A stretch of 64,000 nt of DNA from Minisyncoccota bacterium (GTDB lineage: Bacteria; Patescibacteriota; Minisyncoccia; JAHIHE01; JAGLIN01), in contig JAQVBZ010000005.1 of NCBI GenBank assembly GCA_028690055.1, positions 379-64,378 on the forward strand. The letters are read 5' to 3'. The notes under the pieces are model-generated. The model made no database searches. It was not told where the DNA came from and saw nothing but the letters and a program-made list of their open reading frames with translations. The position numbers were made by a program, and so were the translations under genes. Positions 31,924-42,754 of this stretch are shown here, one piece after another; the first letter of the stretch is position 1, and every line of letters begins with the position of its first letter.

Positions 31924-32628
31924 CTATTTTTTCTCTATATCTTCTTTTTTTAGTTTTTTCGTGCAGAAAAACCAATCATAGCAATGCATCTCTTCTTTGC
32001 TTTCCATACGTTCTTTGGCCACTCCGCAAGAACCGGCAGTCGGCACTATCACATCATCGCCCGGTACCCAATCAGCCGGCGTGGCGATGGAAAATTTATC
32101 AGCTGTCTGCATGGCAATCAAAGCACGATACAGTTCGTCAAAATTTCTTCCGAGACTGAGAGGATAATAAATGATCGCCCTTACTATTCCTTTGGGGTCG
32201 ATGAAAAATACCGCCCGCACCGCCTTGGTATTGCTTTCTCCGGGCTGGATCATCCCATATTTTTTCGCCACTTCCATAGTGATGTCTTCGATCAATGGAA
32301 ATTTGACCTCCACGTTTTTCATCCCCTTATACTCGATCTTCTCCTTGATTGTGCGAAGCCAGGCGATATGGCTATAAAGTCCGTCCACCGAAAGACCGAC
32401 CAGTTTGCAATTAGCATCATTAAATTCTTGTTCTCGAGAAGCAAAAGTCATGAATTCAGAAGTACAGACAGGAGTGAAATCAGCAGGATGGCTGAAAAGG
32501 ATCACCCAACTTCCTTTGTATTGCTTTGGAAAATCTATCTCGCCTTGAGTGGTAACGGCCTTGAAAGCGGGGGCTTCTTCCCCGATTCTCGGCATAGACA
32601 CCGTTTCGTCTTGATTTGTTGTTTCCAT
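31924..32628 (-). CDS. Peroxiredoxin (Prx6-like)
   Basis: HPADFTPVCTSE active site, GRNFDE and C-terminal CYDWFFC. Confidence 0.95.
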   Translation of the reverse strand: METTNQDETVSMPRIGEEAPAFKAVTTQGEIDFPKQYKGSWVILFSHPADFTPVCTSEFMTFASREQEFNDANCKLVGLSVDGLYSHIAWLRTIKEKIEYKGMKNVEVKFPLIEDITMEVAKKYGMIQPGESNTKAVRAVFFIDPKGIVRAIIYYPLSLGRNFDELYRALIAMQTADKFSIATPADWVPGDDVIVPTAGSCGVAKERMESKEEMHCYDWFFCTKKLKKEDIEKK

Positions 32629-32741
32629 ATTTTTAATTTAATGTATTAATAATACAGATTCCTCGTCTCTTTTCTCCACTACATAGTCAAATCATCATTT
32701 GTTTATTTTGCAATGTGCTTTCGAAAAAAAGGAATATTTTT

Positions 32742-33245
32742 TTACATCTTCCTACTATCATACGCCCAATGCAACACGGCTTGCCTTTGCCTTTTTCTGC
32801 AATCCCATTCTCCCGGAAAACAATTATTTTCTATCTGCACGATATGCCTTTTCATCGCTTTCCATCTCCTGATTTGTCTTTTGTCGTCTTCATGCCTTCT
32901 GCCCATAAAATAACGGCAATACCACTGGAACCAGCCCCTCGGATCATCGGGATGAATCCAGCCTTTTTGTCGCCACACAGAAAGAGGTTGGCTGGCATTC
33001 ACTCCGAAAAAATTCAGTTCGGGGTCATGTTTTTCAGAGCACAATTTCGCCTTTCTGAACCAACCTCGAGGAAATTCTTCTCTGCAATCAGTCATATATT
33101 TTCCGCCGAACACGCCAAGCTCCAACATCTCTTTCGGAGTCAGCTCCGGCTTGAAGTCCTGATCAAAATTTTTACCCGGCTTTTCTGAAAGCGCATATAC
33201 ATAGTTTTTCTGCATTTTGTCATTGACTGTAACTGTTTTTTTCAT
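32742..33245 (-). CDS. Conserved hypothetical protein
   Basis: Conserved-looking motifs TPKEMLELGVFGGKY and DPRGWFQWYCRY; function unknown. Confidence 0.8.
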   Translation of the reverse strand: MKKTVTVNDKMQKNYVYALSEKPGKNFDQDFKPELTPKEMLELGVFGGKYMTDCREEFPRGWFRKAKLCSEKHDPELNFFGVNASQPLSVWRQKGWIHPDDPRGWFQWYCRYFMGRRHEDDKRQIRRWKAMKRHIVQIENNCFPGEWDCRKRQRQAVLHWAYDSRKM

Positions 33246-33287
33246 ATTTATTTTGATAACGAAAAAAACATCGTGGCTTTTTCACAG

Positions 33288-34049
33288 TTAGTCATCCTTT
33301 TTCTTGATGCTTATAAACCCCACCACCCCAGCAAATACCATCAAACACAAAACGACAGTCCATATGATATTCGGATACTGACCGGCAAAGCCGCTCTGTG
33401 AAAGGTGTTTGGCAAGGATGGCTCCATAAGCCCAAATGAACACGAGCCCATAAGGAACAAGGCGGTCACGCAACATACGCAACGAGCCGATGAGCGCTCC
33501 GACCAAAAGCACCACGACCGTCCAAAAATTATCAGAGATACCGAACCCGTTCCAGCCGAGAGAGACCAGAAAAACAGTAATATTAGCAATCGAGGCAACA
33601 GTAATCCAGCCGAAATATATGCTGAAGGGTAAACATACCAGAAAGCGCTCATTTTTGGTAAGCTCGCCAACACGCACGATATCGGCAATCCGGATAAGCG
33701 TAAGCAATAGTCCGATCATTATGATCACCGAGAGCCAGATATAATCATAGTGCCAAGCAACTATCCACGAGGCATTCAAAAGAGCGTTCACGATAAAGAT
33801 GCGATTTACTCGCTCCACCAATTCATCTTTATCGCGCCGCAACTGATAAATGACATACACCCCGAGAAGCGCATAAATGAGTCCCCAGATGGAAAAAGCA
33901 TAACCGGCTGGAGCAAACAGGTTCGCATAATTGTCCGATATAGCCCCAGTATCTCTCCCGCCAAGCGGAAGCGCCACTGCCAAATAATTGACCGCAATCA
34001 TTACGACATACGCCAATAGCGTTGCTATCTTTATGATTTTTGTGTTCAT
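33288..34049 (-). CDS. Tryptophan-rich sensory (TspO-like) membrane protein
   Basis: PAGYAFSIWGLIY and FSIYFGWITVA motifs; multi-pass. Confidence 0.8.
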   Translation of the reverse strand: MNTKIIKIATLLAYVVMIAVNYLAVALPLGGRDTGAISDNYANLFAPAGYAFSIWGLIYALLGVYVIYQLRRDKDELVERVNRIFIVNALLNASWIVAWHYDYIWLSVIIMIGLLLTLIRIADIVRVGELTKNERFLVCLPFSIYFGWITVASIANITVFLVSLGWNGFGISDNFWTVVVLLVGALIGSLRMLRDRLVPYGLVFIWAYGAILAKHLSQSGFAGQYPNIIWTVVLCLMVFAGVVGFISIKKKDD

Positions 34050-34239
34050 AATTTTATTTCGCTTAATGATTAAGAATATCTAAACTCCCTGTTTCCTTTC
34101 CTATTGCATCTCATAAAAAAAGAAACAAAAATTTAAGCGGAGCTATTTTTAAAGAACCGTAATCAGATATCGTGCCGCTATTATCATATTTAAGAAATTC
34201 ATAATACCTTCATATCAGATATCCTTTGCCGGTAGTTGC

Positions 34240-36366
34240 CTACTTGCAAAAATTTATAAATTCATCTTTAGTAAGAGTTTTTTCACAACCTGCGACATAC
34301 TGAAAAATCCGCCAGCTATCATCGCGCAAAATCGGCAAGTAGAATATCTGCTCGGTGAGTTTAGACGCTTGCTTATACGCTTTTTTCAATTCTTCCAATT
34401 TCGTTTTATAGATATTGTTATCAAAACCACCAACCATACTGGACGAGATATTGACACTTTTCACTTCAAAAATATGCACCCGATCAAAACTATCTTTCAT
34501 CACAAAATCAGGATAGGAAGAATGCAGTGTTCCAAGATAATACTCAAACTTTATCGGCGAGTTAGCAACATAATTTTTACCCCACAGATATACTTGTTTT
34601 GTTTCTAAAAGTTCTGGCTCTTTTTCACCAAACAAATCAACCGCTCCAGCTTTCGGGTTCTTCTTGCCAACCTCTACTCTTTTACCAACTCGCCCATCGC
34701 CAACTACCACATCATCTTTTGCCAGGTCTTTTAATATCTCCGTCCATTCTCGCTCCGCCTCGCTATCAAAAGAAAATTTATCTTTTCCGTCGTTTCGTTT
34801 CCACACCCAATCGCCGATATTCATATAATTTCCATTGTCTGTATAGTGCGAAGTCGACGCGAAAGATACTTCTAAATCTTGCCCTTTTTCGTCTTTCACT
34901 ACTTCCATGCTTTTTTCATAATCATTCACATATTGACCGCTTTCATTTGCCACCGCCTCAATATTCTCGACAAACTCCCTCCATTTTGTGTAATTTATAG
35001 CATATTTTTCACCCATCTCTCTTACGCTGTTTTCGGCTTTCACAAAGTCTCGCCACAAAGTAAAAATAGAACTCGGAGCAGATACGACAGACTGTTTTTT
35101 CAAGAACGTCGCCAGACTAAAACTAGCTTTTTTAGTCAAAGGTTTTAGCCGTGTTGTTTTAATCTTGATCTCATCGGTGATGATTTCGCTGTCTTGCCAC
35201 AATTTCACGCCAAAACTCTTTCGCAAATCTTCGGGAACAATACCCCAAATCCATGCAGTCATGGCTAACTTTTGTGCGTCTTCTGATAATGATTCAAAAT
35301 CAAGTAGTCGCGGGTTGCGCCTTACTCGACCCATAACTTGCTCATCCAGCTGCTTACTCTTGCTATCCCGCATTTGGAAAAGCATACAAGCGCGAGGAAT
35401 ATCCCACCCTTCGGTGATTACCATTTTGAAAATAATAATATCAATCGTGCTGGAATTTTCTTTGGCATAATCTTTCCACTTGCTCACGGGCAGCTTTTTA
35501 GCCTTAAAAGTGTCGTTCGTATCGCACTGTTTCTCGTCGTTGACAATCAGCATCCATTTCAAATCCGTGTGTTCGGCTTTTGCCAGCTCTTTTTTTATCT
35601 CGGCAATTTCCTCGTCCGCCTTGTCTTTGTTGCTAATCTGGATAATGAGGCATGGGTTTAGGCCAAGCAGGTTGCGATATTCCGTTTTCACTTCTTCAAA
35701 CTTTTCAATCGCGCCAGCCACCTTTATATCTTGATCATCAATGAGTTCAATATCTTTTATCAATTTTGCATTCACTGCGTCATCGTTTTTAATCTCTACA
35801 TCGGGGTGTTGCCCACGCGAGAGTTTTGGTGTGGCGGAAAAATTGTATGTTTTGGTAAAAAACTTTTCTGATAAATTGTCCAGATTGTTGGTGGCAATAT
35901 GGCATTCATCTTTAATGAGGTAAACTTTTTTATCTAACCCGCCGGTGATTTTTCCACCAGTCATATTGTGCAAAAAGCCTTCCATCGCCCCTTGCATGAG
36001 TCGTCCGCCTTTTTTATACAAATCTCTGGGCAAAAGATAGACATTGTAATCAGTCGGCACGAACAACCGTTCTTCGCCCGCAATCTGGCTACTGATTAGA
36101 TACGGCTTTAATTCCAGGAAATTGCCTTTTGCCGAGTACTCTTGAAACTTCTCATAATTTTGTGTGGCTAAATCACCTTTTGAAAGCGTGGACACTAGAA
36201 AAATAACATTTTTGTCCACTGACAAAATGCGATTCATCATCTCCGCCATCATATAGGTTTTACCGCTTCCGGTCGGCGCCTTGAAAGTGATCTCATCTTG
36301 TGTGACAGTGAGTTCAATCAAAGCAGATACGGCATCTTGTTGTAGGTCTATGGCTTCTTGTCTCAT
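34240..36366 (-). CDS. Type III restriction endonuclease Res subunit
   Basis: APTGSGKT, DECH, SAT, EGWDIPR, QVMGRVRR and C-terminal YPDF...FEVK nuclease. Confidence 0.9.
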   Translation of the reverse strand: MRQEAIDLQQDAVSALIELTVTQDEITFKAPTGSGKTYMMAEMMNRILSVDKNVIFLVSTLSKGDLATQNYEKFQEYSAKGNFLELKPYLISSQIAGEERLFVPTDYNVYLLPRDLYKKGGRLMQGAMEGFLHNMTGGKITGGLDKKVYLIKDECHIATNNLDNLSEKFFTKTYNFSATPKLSRGQHPDVEIKNDDAVNAKLIKDIELIDDQDIKVAGAIEKFEEVKTEYRNLLGLNPCLIIQISNKDKADEEIAEIKKELAKAEHTDLKWMLIVNDEKQCDTNDTFKAKKLPVSKWKDYAKENSSTIDIIIFKMVITEGWDIPRACMLFQMRDSKSKQLDEQVMGRVRRNPRLLDFESLSEDAQKLAMTAWIWGIVPEDLRKSFGVKLWQDSEIITDEIKIKTTRLKPLTKKASFSLATFLKKQSVVSAPSSIFTLWRDFVKAENSVREMGEKYAINYTKWREFVENIEAVANESGQYVNDYEKSMEVVKDEKGQDLEVSFASTSHYTDNGNYMNIGDWVWKRNDGKDKFSFDSEAEREWTEILKDLAKDDVVVGDGRVGKRVEVGKKNPKAGAVDLFGEKEPELLETKQVYLWGKNYVANSPIKFEYYLGTLHSSYPDFVMKDSFDRVHIFEVKSVNISSSMVGGFDNNIYKTKLEELKKAYKQASKLTEQIFYLPILRDDSWRIFQYVAGCEKTLTKDEFINFCK

Positions 36367-36375
36367 AGTTATTTC

Positions 36376-38028
36376 TTATTTCTTTTCAAGGGTTTTGGTG
36401 GTGCCTTCAAAATTTTCACACACCCATTTTATTTTTTCATTCACTCCAAGCTTTTCCTTGCCATACAATGTTTCGTCAATTACATCAAAAGGAGTTTTAT
36501 CTTTTGTTGCTTCAAAATTTGCAACTGTTGAAATATCATAGACATCAAGATTATCGCCGAGAGGCTTGTTTTTCTCATTCCACTTGAAGTCTTTGGTGCC
36601 GTCATAGCACTCACCGGTCATCACCCGTTTAAGTCGTTTGCTGGTTGCGTCATACGCAATACCTTTTGGTGTGGCACTTGTTTTTTCATTATTTGTTACA
36701 AGAATAAACTGGCGATTTTGATTATCTTTATTCATTTCTAAAACGGCTTGTCCAGTTGTTCCACTTCCGGCAAAAAAGTCCAGCACAACTAAATCGGCTT
36801 CAACATCTTCACTGCTTTCACACAGTTTAATTAATTGTTTGATTAATTCTTTAGGTTTAGGGTAGTCAAAAATGCCTTTTCCCATAATAGCAGACAAGTC
36901 TTTGTTGGCGTTGTCGTTTGAAAATTCGTTATCAACGAGCCTTAATGTTGATACAGGAGCAGTTCTAGCAGATTCAATGACTTGATATTTGCCGCCAATC
37001 TTTACGATTTTCGCATTTTGATAAGTCTTTGTATAAATTCGGTCGCCCTTGACTTCGATAAAGCCTTGTTCTTTACCAAACTCATACAAGTCCTTACTCC
37101 ATCTCCATCCCCAGTCCGCACGCCCGTGCAAACCACTCTGTCTCTTTTCGTAAGCCTTTTTATCGCCACCAGCGTAAAAAACTCGTCCGTCAATTGAAAT
37201 AGGATAGTCAAGTGTTTTAACCCAACCTAAACTATCATAATCTAATGTCTGATTTAGTTTGTATCTTCCACGGGTTGCCACATATTCATCTTCATTTGAG
37301 TAACCTTCATCATCGTGCAGTTGAGCAAAAAGCCCTTTCTTTGCCGTGCAAGTATAAGACAAAACATAATCGTGATTGAGCGCAATGGCAGTTGAAGATT
37401 TACCGCCTTTTTTGGTAACACGAGGGAACGAACAAGCAAAATTACCCTCTTCAAACACTTCATCAAAAAGACCCTTCACATACGCCTGATTTTTGTCGTC
37501 AATACTACAAAATATCACGCCGTTATCACTTAAAAGCTGGCGGGCGAGGACAAGGCGTGGGTAAAGCATAGAAAGCAAATTGTCCCGAGTGATAGCGTTT
37601 TCATAATTCGTCTTGGCAAACTCGCCCATACTATCTTTGCCGTATGGTGGATCAATATAAATCACATCAATCATGCCGCGGTATTGAATCAATAGGTTTT
37701 GAAGCGCATCATAATTGTCGCCGATGATGAGCTTGTGCGTCAGGGCGTTTTTGTCTTGTACAAAACTTAATTTTTCATTTTTCTTAAAATGCTTTATTGT
37801 GTCGGTCATTTTCTCCAGTCGTTTGTCAAAATGAAAGCCGGTGCGTTTATAGGTGGTGCCGAGTTCGGCAATCATTATAGCCTCGTTAATAGTTTCGGCA
37901 TTTGTGATGAGTTTTTTCAAAAGATCGGCATTCGTCTTTTCGATAATTTTGTCGACAATACGCTTGTCAATCTCGGCGATGAGATCGTCTTTAACTTTTT
38001 TTATTTCATTTGTCATAGTCTTTTCCAT
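36376..38028 (-). CDS. Type III R-M methyltransferase Mod subunit
   Basis: IYIDPPY, YPKP and DFFAGSGTTG in beta-class order, directly upstream of res. Confidence 0.92.
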   Translation of the reverse strand: MEKTMTNEIKKVKDDLIAEIDKRIVDKIIEKTNADLLKKLITNAETINEAIMIAELGTTYKRTGFHFDKRLEKMTDTIKHFKKNEKLSFVQDKNALTHKLIIGDNYDALQNLLIQYRGMIDVIYIDPPYGKDSMGEFAKTNYENAITRDNLLSMLYPRLVLARQLLSDNGVIFCSIDDKNQAYVKGLFDEVFEEGNFACSFPRVTKKGGKSSTAIALNHDYVLSYTCTAKKGLFAQLHDDEGYSNEDEYVATRGRYKLNQTLDYDSLGWVKTLDYPISIDGRVFYAGGDKKAYEKRQSGLHGRADWGWRWSKDLYEFGKEQGFIEVKGDRIYTKTYQNAKIVKIGGKYQVIESARTAPVSTLRLVDNEFSNDNANKDLSAIMGKGIFDYPKPKELIKQLIKLCESSEDVEADLVVLDFFAGSGTTGQAVLEMNKDNQNRQFILVTNNEKTSATPKGIAYDATSKRLKRVMTGECYDGTKDFKWNEKNKPLGDNLDVYDISTVANFEATKDKTPFDVIDETLYGKEKLGVNEKIKWVCENFEGTTKTLEKK

Positions 38029-38032
38029 AGTA

Positions 38033-38248
38033 TTATTTCATTAATTCATCAAGCGAAACACCGAGAGCGTCCGCAATTTTTTTCGCTGTGTCGATTCTCG
38101 GATCAGAAGTCGAGCCGGATTCGATTTTTGAGATCGTATGAAAAGCCAAATCGCTTTTTTTAGACAAAGTATCTTGCGACAATCCGGCTTTGAGCCGTAG
38201 CTTCTTGATATTTTCACCGATTTTTGATTTTTCCATTATTATAGACAT
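38033..38248 (-). CDS. XRE-family HTH regulator (controller-like)
   Basis: IKKLR...LSQDTL...ISKIESG...IADALGVSLDEL; ends 4 bp before mod. Confidence 0.9.
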   Translation of the reverse strand: MSIIMEKSKIGENIKKLRLKAGLSQDTLSKKSDLAFHTISKIESGSTSDPRIDTAKKIADALGVSLDELMK

Positions 38249-38265
38249 ATATAAAACCTTACATC

Positions 38266-38332
38266 TATAACTTTACCAAGACTGGGCTATTTTGTAAACA
38301 AAAACAGAGCTTGAAATCGGCTCTGTTTTTAA
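38266..38332 (-). promoter_or_regulatory. Terminator + sigma70 promoter module, copy A
   Basis: AAAAACAGAGC/GCTCTGTTTTT hairpin followed on the minus strand by TTTACA-17 nt-TAAAGT; near-identical to 47370-47435. Confidence 0.75.
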
Positions 38333-38380
38333 ATATTTTTCCCGGCTGCAGTAGGTCTTTAAAAACTCTATGCCCCCAGT

Positions 38381-39799
38381 CTAAAGATGATCAACCACGG
38401 AGAGTAAATATTCCCTTTCTCTCCATTCTGTAGTGGCAACTTGTCCGGTGTCATAAAAAGAATATACTGCTGAGTAAAGATATGCATTATCAGTAATCAA
38501 GTCGTAATAGACCCAGGCCGTCTTCCCTTTTTTGGTGGTGACCACATCCGGATCGCCGAACTTATCCGATATATGCTCTTGATAAATGGAATAATGCGGA
38601 CCTGTGGAATAGAGATATTCGTCCCAACTCTTAAACTCGCTAAGGCTTATTTGCCCTTTTTTCTGAGTTGTCGGTTCTTCGGTTACTGTTTCCGTTGTGG
38701 CTTCGATTGCCGTTTCCGTTGTTGCTTCTGCCTCCGCAGGCTCTTCTGCTGTTTTCTCTGCTTGCGAAGAGCTGGTAATCCCTAAGATGTTTTCTACATC
38801 CTCGGTTGTAACGGTGCTGTCGGTGACACCCTGTTCTTTCATCCATCCGTCCACTTCTTCTTTTTCTAGAATTGAAACTTCAGTGGCAGGTTCCGGTTTT
38901 TCTTTCGTGGGAGTGGGAAGTTTGATACCGATCACTGACCCGGATTGGATAGTTCCATTGAGCTGATCGGCTCCGAAGATTACCGCGTTTAGTTTATCGA
39001 CTCCTTTGACCATATTGGTAGGCAAGGTTGATACCATCAGGATAGCTGCTGCCGGCTCTGTTACCTTTCGGACATCTCCCACGACAGAAGATATCTTGTT
39101 TTTATCACCTAAAGCTATCTTAGCGGCATCATCGGTAATTTCCAAAGTTAAGTCAGCGCCACTTACAACTACGGCTGTCTGAGCAAGCGCTCCGGATGAG
39201 GCAAGGGCTGCCGTTCCGCCTGTAGCTACGATTGTCCCGACAAAGACTGTGACCTTACTGGTATTCTTGACGATTGTCGCTCTGGTCTCGCAAGCTTGGA
39301 ATACATCTCCTTCTTCTCCATAGGCTTCTCTGCTCATTTCATCTTGAGATTGATTGAGAACTAGCTGAGCCATTTTGGCATCGACTCCCAGTAAATTCGC
39401 GAGTGTCATGATTTTTTTACCCGTTGGAGCTTTATCGACAACCCTTGTAATCTCTTCTTTGGTGTAAGCCTGAGCTGTTTTGACAGAACCGAGACTGACC
39501 TTTCCTTGTGTCGTTCCTCCCGCTAATTGTTCCAATTCAGCAGCGTTCTTTTCCAATTCGCTCCATCCTTCGATGATAGCCGACATTTCAGTATCCCAAC
39601 TGTCATAATCCCCATATTCTTTAGCATTAACCAAAACATTGTCAGTCCTGTAGCGAAGAGCGCCATACTGCTTGGACATGCTCAAAGTCTTTTCCAAAAG
39701 GACTTGTTCTTGATCCGTTTCTTGAGGTTGCCTGAGGAGTAAAAACGCCCCTAGTGTCAAAGCGAGAACCCCGACTGAGATAATGAGGATTTTTTTCAT
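38381..39799 (-). CDS. Membrane-anchored/exported hypothetical protein
   Basis: N-terminal hydrophobic segment, helical body, T/E/A-rich linker and small C-terminal domain. Confidence 0.75.
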   Translation of the reverse strand: MKKILIISVGVLALTLGAFLLLRQPQETDQEQVLLEKTLSMSKQYGALRYRTDNVLVNAKEYGDYDSWDTEMSAIIEGWSELEKNAAELEQLAGGTTQGKVSLGSVKTAQAYTKEEITRVVDKAPTGKKIMTLANLLGVDAKMAQLVLNQSQDEMSREAYGEEGDVFQACETRATIVKNTSKVTVFVGTIVATGGTAALASSGALAQTAVVVSGADLTLEITDDAAKIALGDKNKISSVVGDVRKVTEPAAAILMVSTLPTNMVKGVDKLNAVIFGADQLNGTIQSGSVIGIKLPTPTKEKPEPATEVSILEKEEVDGWMKEQGVTDSTVTTEDVENILGITSSSQAEKTAEEPAEAEATTETAIEATTETVTEEPTTQKKGQISLSEFKSWDEYLYSTGPHYSIYQEHISDKFGDPDVVTTKKGKTAWVYYDLITDNAYLYSAVYSFYDTGQVATTEWREREYLLSVVDHL

Positions 39800-40343
39800 G
39801 ATTTAGTTAGAATGATTATTGTAATCATTCTAGCATTATTAGATTGATAGAGAAAGGGTGGTATGATTTTACTATCAGAAGCCCGAGAATCTGCCGATAT
39901 GGCGGAATTAAAGAATAATTAACTTTTTAACATATTTATGATATTGTTTTAGTGGGTGAAACAAATGGAAAGTGTCCATATAAAAATACAAGAACAAGTA
40001 ACAAAAATATTAGCTTGCAGTGTATCGCTATTCCTTATAGTTTTCTTTGTCTCAGAATTCCTGAGGATAGGAATGCCGGAAAGAGAAGTCCTATTTTGCT
40101 CATTAATATCTTCTTTCCTGTTTATACGTCATTCGGATAGAAAAAAAGCTAATAAAAACGATTAGGTAATTAACAAAAGTTTTTTGCCTGCCTTTTTCCA
40201 AGCCCACAAATCATTTGCGGATTTAGAAATAAAAATAACGGATTTAAGTCCGTTATTTTTTTGTTGGATTTGATTTATTGCGATGCGACAATGACTACTT
40301 TTCTTCCCCCGCGAAATATCAAGAAGATGGAGTATAGAATGCT

Positions 40344-41597
40344 CTAACCGAACATCAGCCATTCCGGCTTGAATATCAGCATCAATCCGATAGCAAGCAT
40401 CGTCACGCCTCCTATCAGTCGGGAAGTTCTGGCATACTTGGTTGTCACTCCGGTCATCTGCAAGGTGACCATCGCAATGAAGAAGATAAGCAGATCGTCG
40501 AGCATAAAAAAGAAAATATACAGTAAGATATACAGATAATAATTCCAGCCGGTCATTTCATTCAAGGCCAAAACCTGGGTATAGACCGCCGGTAATCCCG
40601 CCGAGCAGATCAGCTCTACCAGATTGACGGCAAAAGCCAAAACGATTATTCCCCCCAATGCCAATGGCAGGCTGTTTTGCTGGACGGCAAGTTTCAATTT
40701 TTCGAATACTTTCCGTTTCTTCTCGCTGTTGGTAACTTTGCAGCCACTTTCTTTATTAAATATGAATTCCTTCAGGCTATAACTGCCTCCCAGTAACGCT
40801 AAAACTCCGATCAAAATCCTGACCCAAACTACGAACCCTAAAAATAATATCAAGTTAAGCCAAGCGGCCATAAACATAAAATAAACAGAAGCGGAAGCGA
40901 CGATAAAAGTGGCGCCCAGAATCCACATCCTTTTTCGGTCCTTCATTCCCAGAAGAAGACTGATAAGGAATAAAAGGGTCCACATAGCACAAGGATTAAA
41001 TCCATCCAAAATCCCCATCACTATAGTCAGAACGGGAAGAGAAAAATTGAGGGCATTCACTTCTCCTATGAATGGTAATGTGATTATCTTTTGGTTCTCA
41101 TCAGGAGCACATTCTTGTGTAGCAGTAGATTCCACTTGAGCCACATCAATACCCTCTCCCCCTCGTTCAGATGATATATTCTCTCGGTTTGCACCCAAGA
41201 TATCAACCAAAGAGTCGGGACAAAGAACCAGAGAACATTTTTTGACCGTTTCTTTAATTTCTTCCGATGTCAGTCCCTCGACATAGCCGATAAAAGGTTG
41301 ATCACCGATAATCAAAAAAGGTACTCCATCAACTTTCGCTCCCAGCTTGTCGGCTGCTTCCCGAAGCAATGAAATATTATCTCGATCGTTGTAGATTTCA
41401 TATTCATAAATTTCCAAGCCGGGATATTCGCTTTTCAGTACGTCATTAAGATACCGTCTTTCCTGAGCACAATGCGGACAACTGTCGCCGTAGAAAAGAT
41501 AAGCATTGATCGGCAAGACCTCGGCTGACACCGATCGGGACTGGAGTGATAATGCAAAAAGGAAAATTATCAGTATTCGCTTATAGAAAATCTTCAT
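40344..41597 (-). CDS. Glutaredoxin-like domain fused to a DsbD/CcdA-like membrane domain
   Basis: CPHC, GVPF, DGFNPCAMW and VELICSAG. Confidence 0.85.
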   Translation of the reverse strand: MKIFYKRILIIFLFALSLQSRSVSAEVLPINAYLFYGDSCPHCAQERRYLNDVLKSEYPGLEIYEYEIYNDRDNISLLREAADKLGAKVDGVPFLIIGDQPFIGYVEGLTSEEIKETVKKCSLVLCPDSLVDILGANRENISSERGGEGIDVAQVESTATQECAPDENQKIITLPFIGEVNALNFSLPVLTIVMGILDGFNPCAMWTLLFLISLLLGMKDRKRMWILGATFIVASASVYFMFMAAWLNLILFLGFVVWVRILIGVLALLGGSYSLKEFIFNKESGCKVTNSEKKRKVFEKLKLAVQQNSLPLALGGIIVLAFAVNLVELICSAGLPAVYTQVLALNEMTGWNYYLYILLYIFFFMLDDLLIFFIAMVTLQMTGVTTKYARTSRLIGGVTMLAIGLMLIFKPEWLMFG

Positions 41598-41599
41598 AA

Positions 41600-41869
41600 T
41601 TATCTATCCTTATTCTTAATAATAGTATCTATCAAATCTTTTTTAGAAACCTCGCCGTTCAAGCGCAAAAACTCTTGCCCCGCCTGATCCAAAAAGATAA
41701 AGACCGGCAAGACATCATTGATGCCGTATTTTTCTACCGCTTCCTTGTCTTCATCAAAGTCATAATATTCCGTTTGTAGCCAAGGATTCGCTTCTTCTAT
41801 CTCTTTCCACCTCGGCTTCATAACCAGACAGCCGGAACACCAAACCGCACCGAATTTTAGAACTTTCAT
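41600..41869 (-). CDS. Thioredoxin-family protein
   Basis: WCSGC active site and cis-Pro LPVF. Confidence 0.9.
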   Translation of the reverse strand: MKVLKFGAVWCSGCLVMKPRWKEIEEANPWLQTEYYDFDEDKEAVEKYGINDVLPVFIFLDQAGQEFLRLNGEVSKKDLIDTIIKNKDR

Positions 41870-41870
41870 A

Positions 41871-42632
41871 TTATTTATCTTTAATAATTATATCGGCTAA
41901 AGACAAGAATATCTTAGCCGTTGATGAATCATTATCTTTTACTATGGGGTGCCCGCTATCACCGGAAATAACGACTTTCGGATCGATAGGAATAGCGCCC
42001 AAGAATGGAATCCCGTATTTTTGGGCGATTTTTTCGCCACCGCCACTCTTGAATAAATCGACTATCTTCCCGCAATGAGGACATTTATAACCGCTCATAT
42101 TTTCGATCAGCCCGACTATTTCCAATTTCAATTTCTTGGCAAAGTTTATCGCTTTCATCGAATCGAGCAAAGAAACGTCTTGCGGCGTGGTTATTACGAC
42201 AGCCTTAGCGCCAGGCAGCAACTGAGCGATTGATAAAGGCTCATCTCCGGTTCCCGGTGGCGCATCGACTATCAGATAATCCAAATCACCCCAGTCGATT
42301 TGATTGACGAATTTCTCAATCAATTTCATTTTCGCCGGACCTCGCCATATGATCGGCGTGTCTGTCTCGGGAATCAGATAAGAAACCGAAATCAAAAATA
42401 AATTTTCATTCACCTCGATGGGCATTATCAGGTCTTCTCCATAAGACAGCGTCTCTTTGTCCTGAACGCCCAACATCAGCGCCAGATTCGGTCCGTGGAT
42501 ATCGGCATCAAGAAGTCCGACCCTTAATCCTTTCTGCGATAAGGCTACCGCCAAATTAGTGGCCACTGTCGATTTGCCAACACCGCCCTTTCCGGAAAAT
42601 ACGAGCAATACATTTTTTATTTCGTTCGGCAT
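41871..42632 (-). CDS. Mrp/NBP35 family ATPase
   Basis: SGKGGVGKST, DADIHGP, WRGP, DAPPGTGD and ENMS..CPHC. Confidence 0.95.
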   Translation of the reverse strand: MPNEIKNVLLVFSGKGGVGKSTVATNLAVALSQKGLRVGLLDADIHGPNLALMLGVQDKETLSYGEDLIMPIEVNENLFLISVSYLIPETDTPIIWRGPAKMKLIEKFVNQIDWGDLDYLIVDAPPGTGDEPLSIAQLLPGAKAVVITTPQDVSLLDSMKAINFAKKLKLEIVGLIENMSGYKCPHCGKIVDLFKSGGGEKIAQKYGIPFLGAIPIDPKVVISGDSGHPIVKDNDSSTAKIFLSLADIIIKDK

Positions 42633-42754
42633 ATCTGAAAATTAATTGATATTGATGAACATATTGATAATATTTTCGGAAAAAATCAAAATTATCCGAT
42701 TTTTGAGAATACTATGACAAGAAACCGGCAATGACACACAAAAAAGCTGGCGCA

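Noticed and set aside
31718-31975. 85-aa ORF ending in CHSELVSES
   Set aside because: It is read-through into the TGTCATTC palindromic repeat and overlaps the peroxiredoxin 3' end.
36376-38028. Phase-variable mod gene
   Set aside because: No simple-sequence repeat tract seen in or upstream of the gene.
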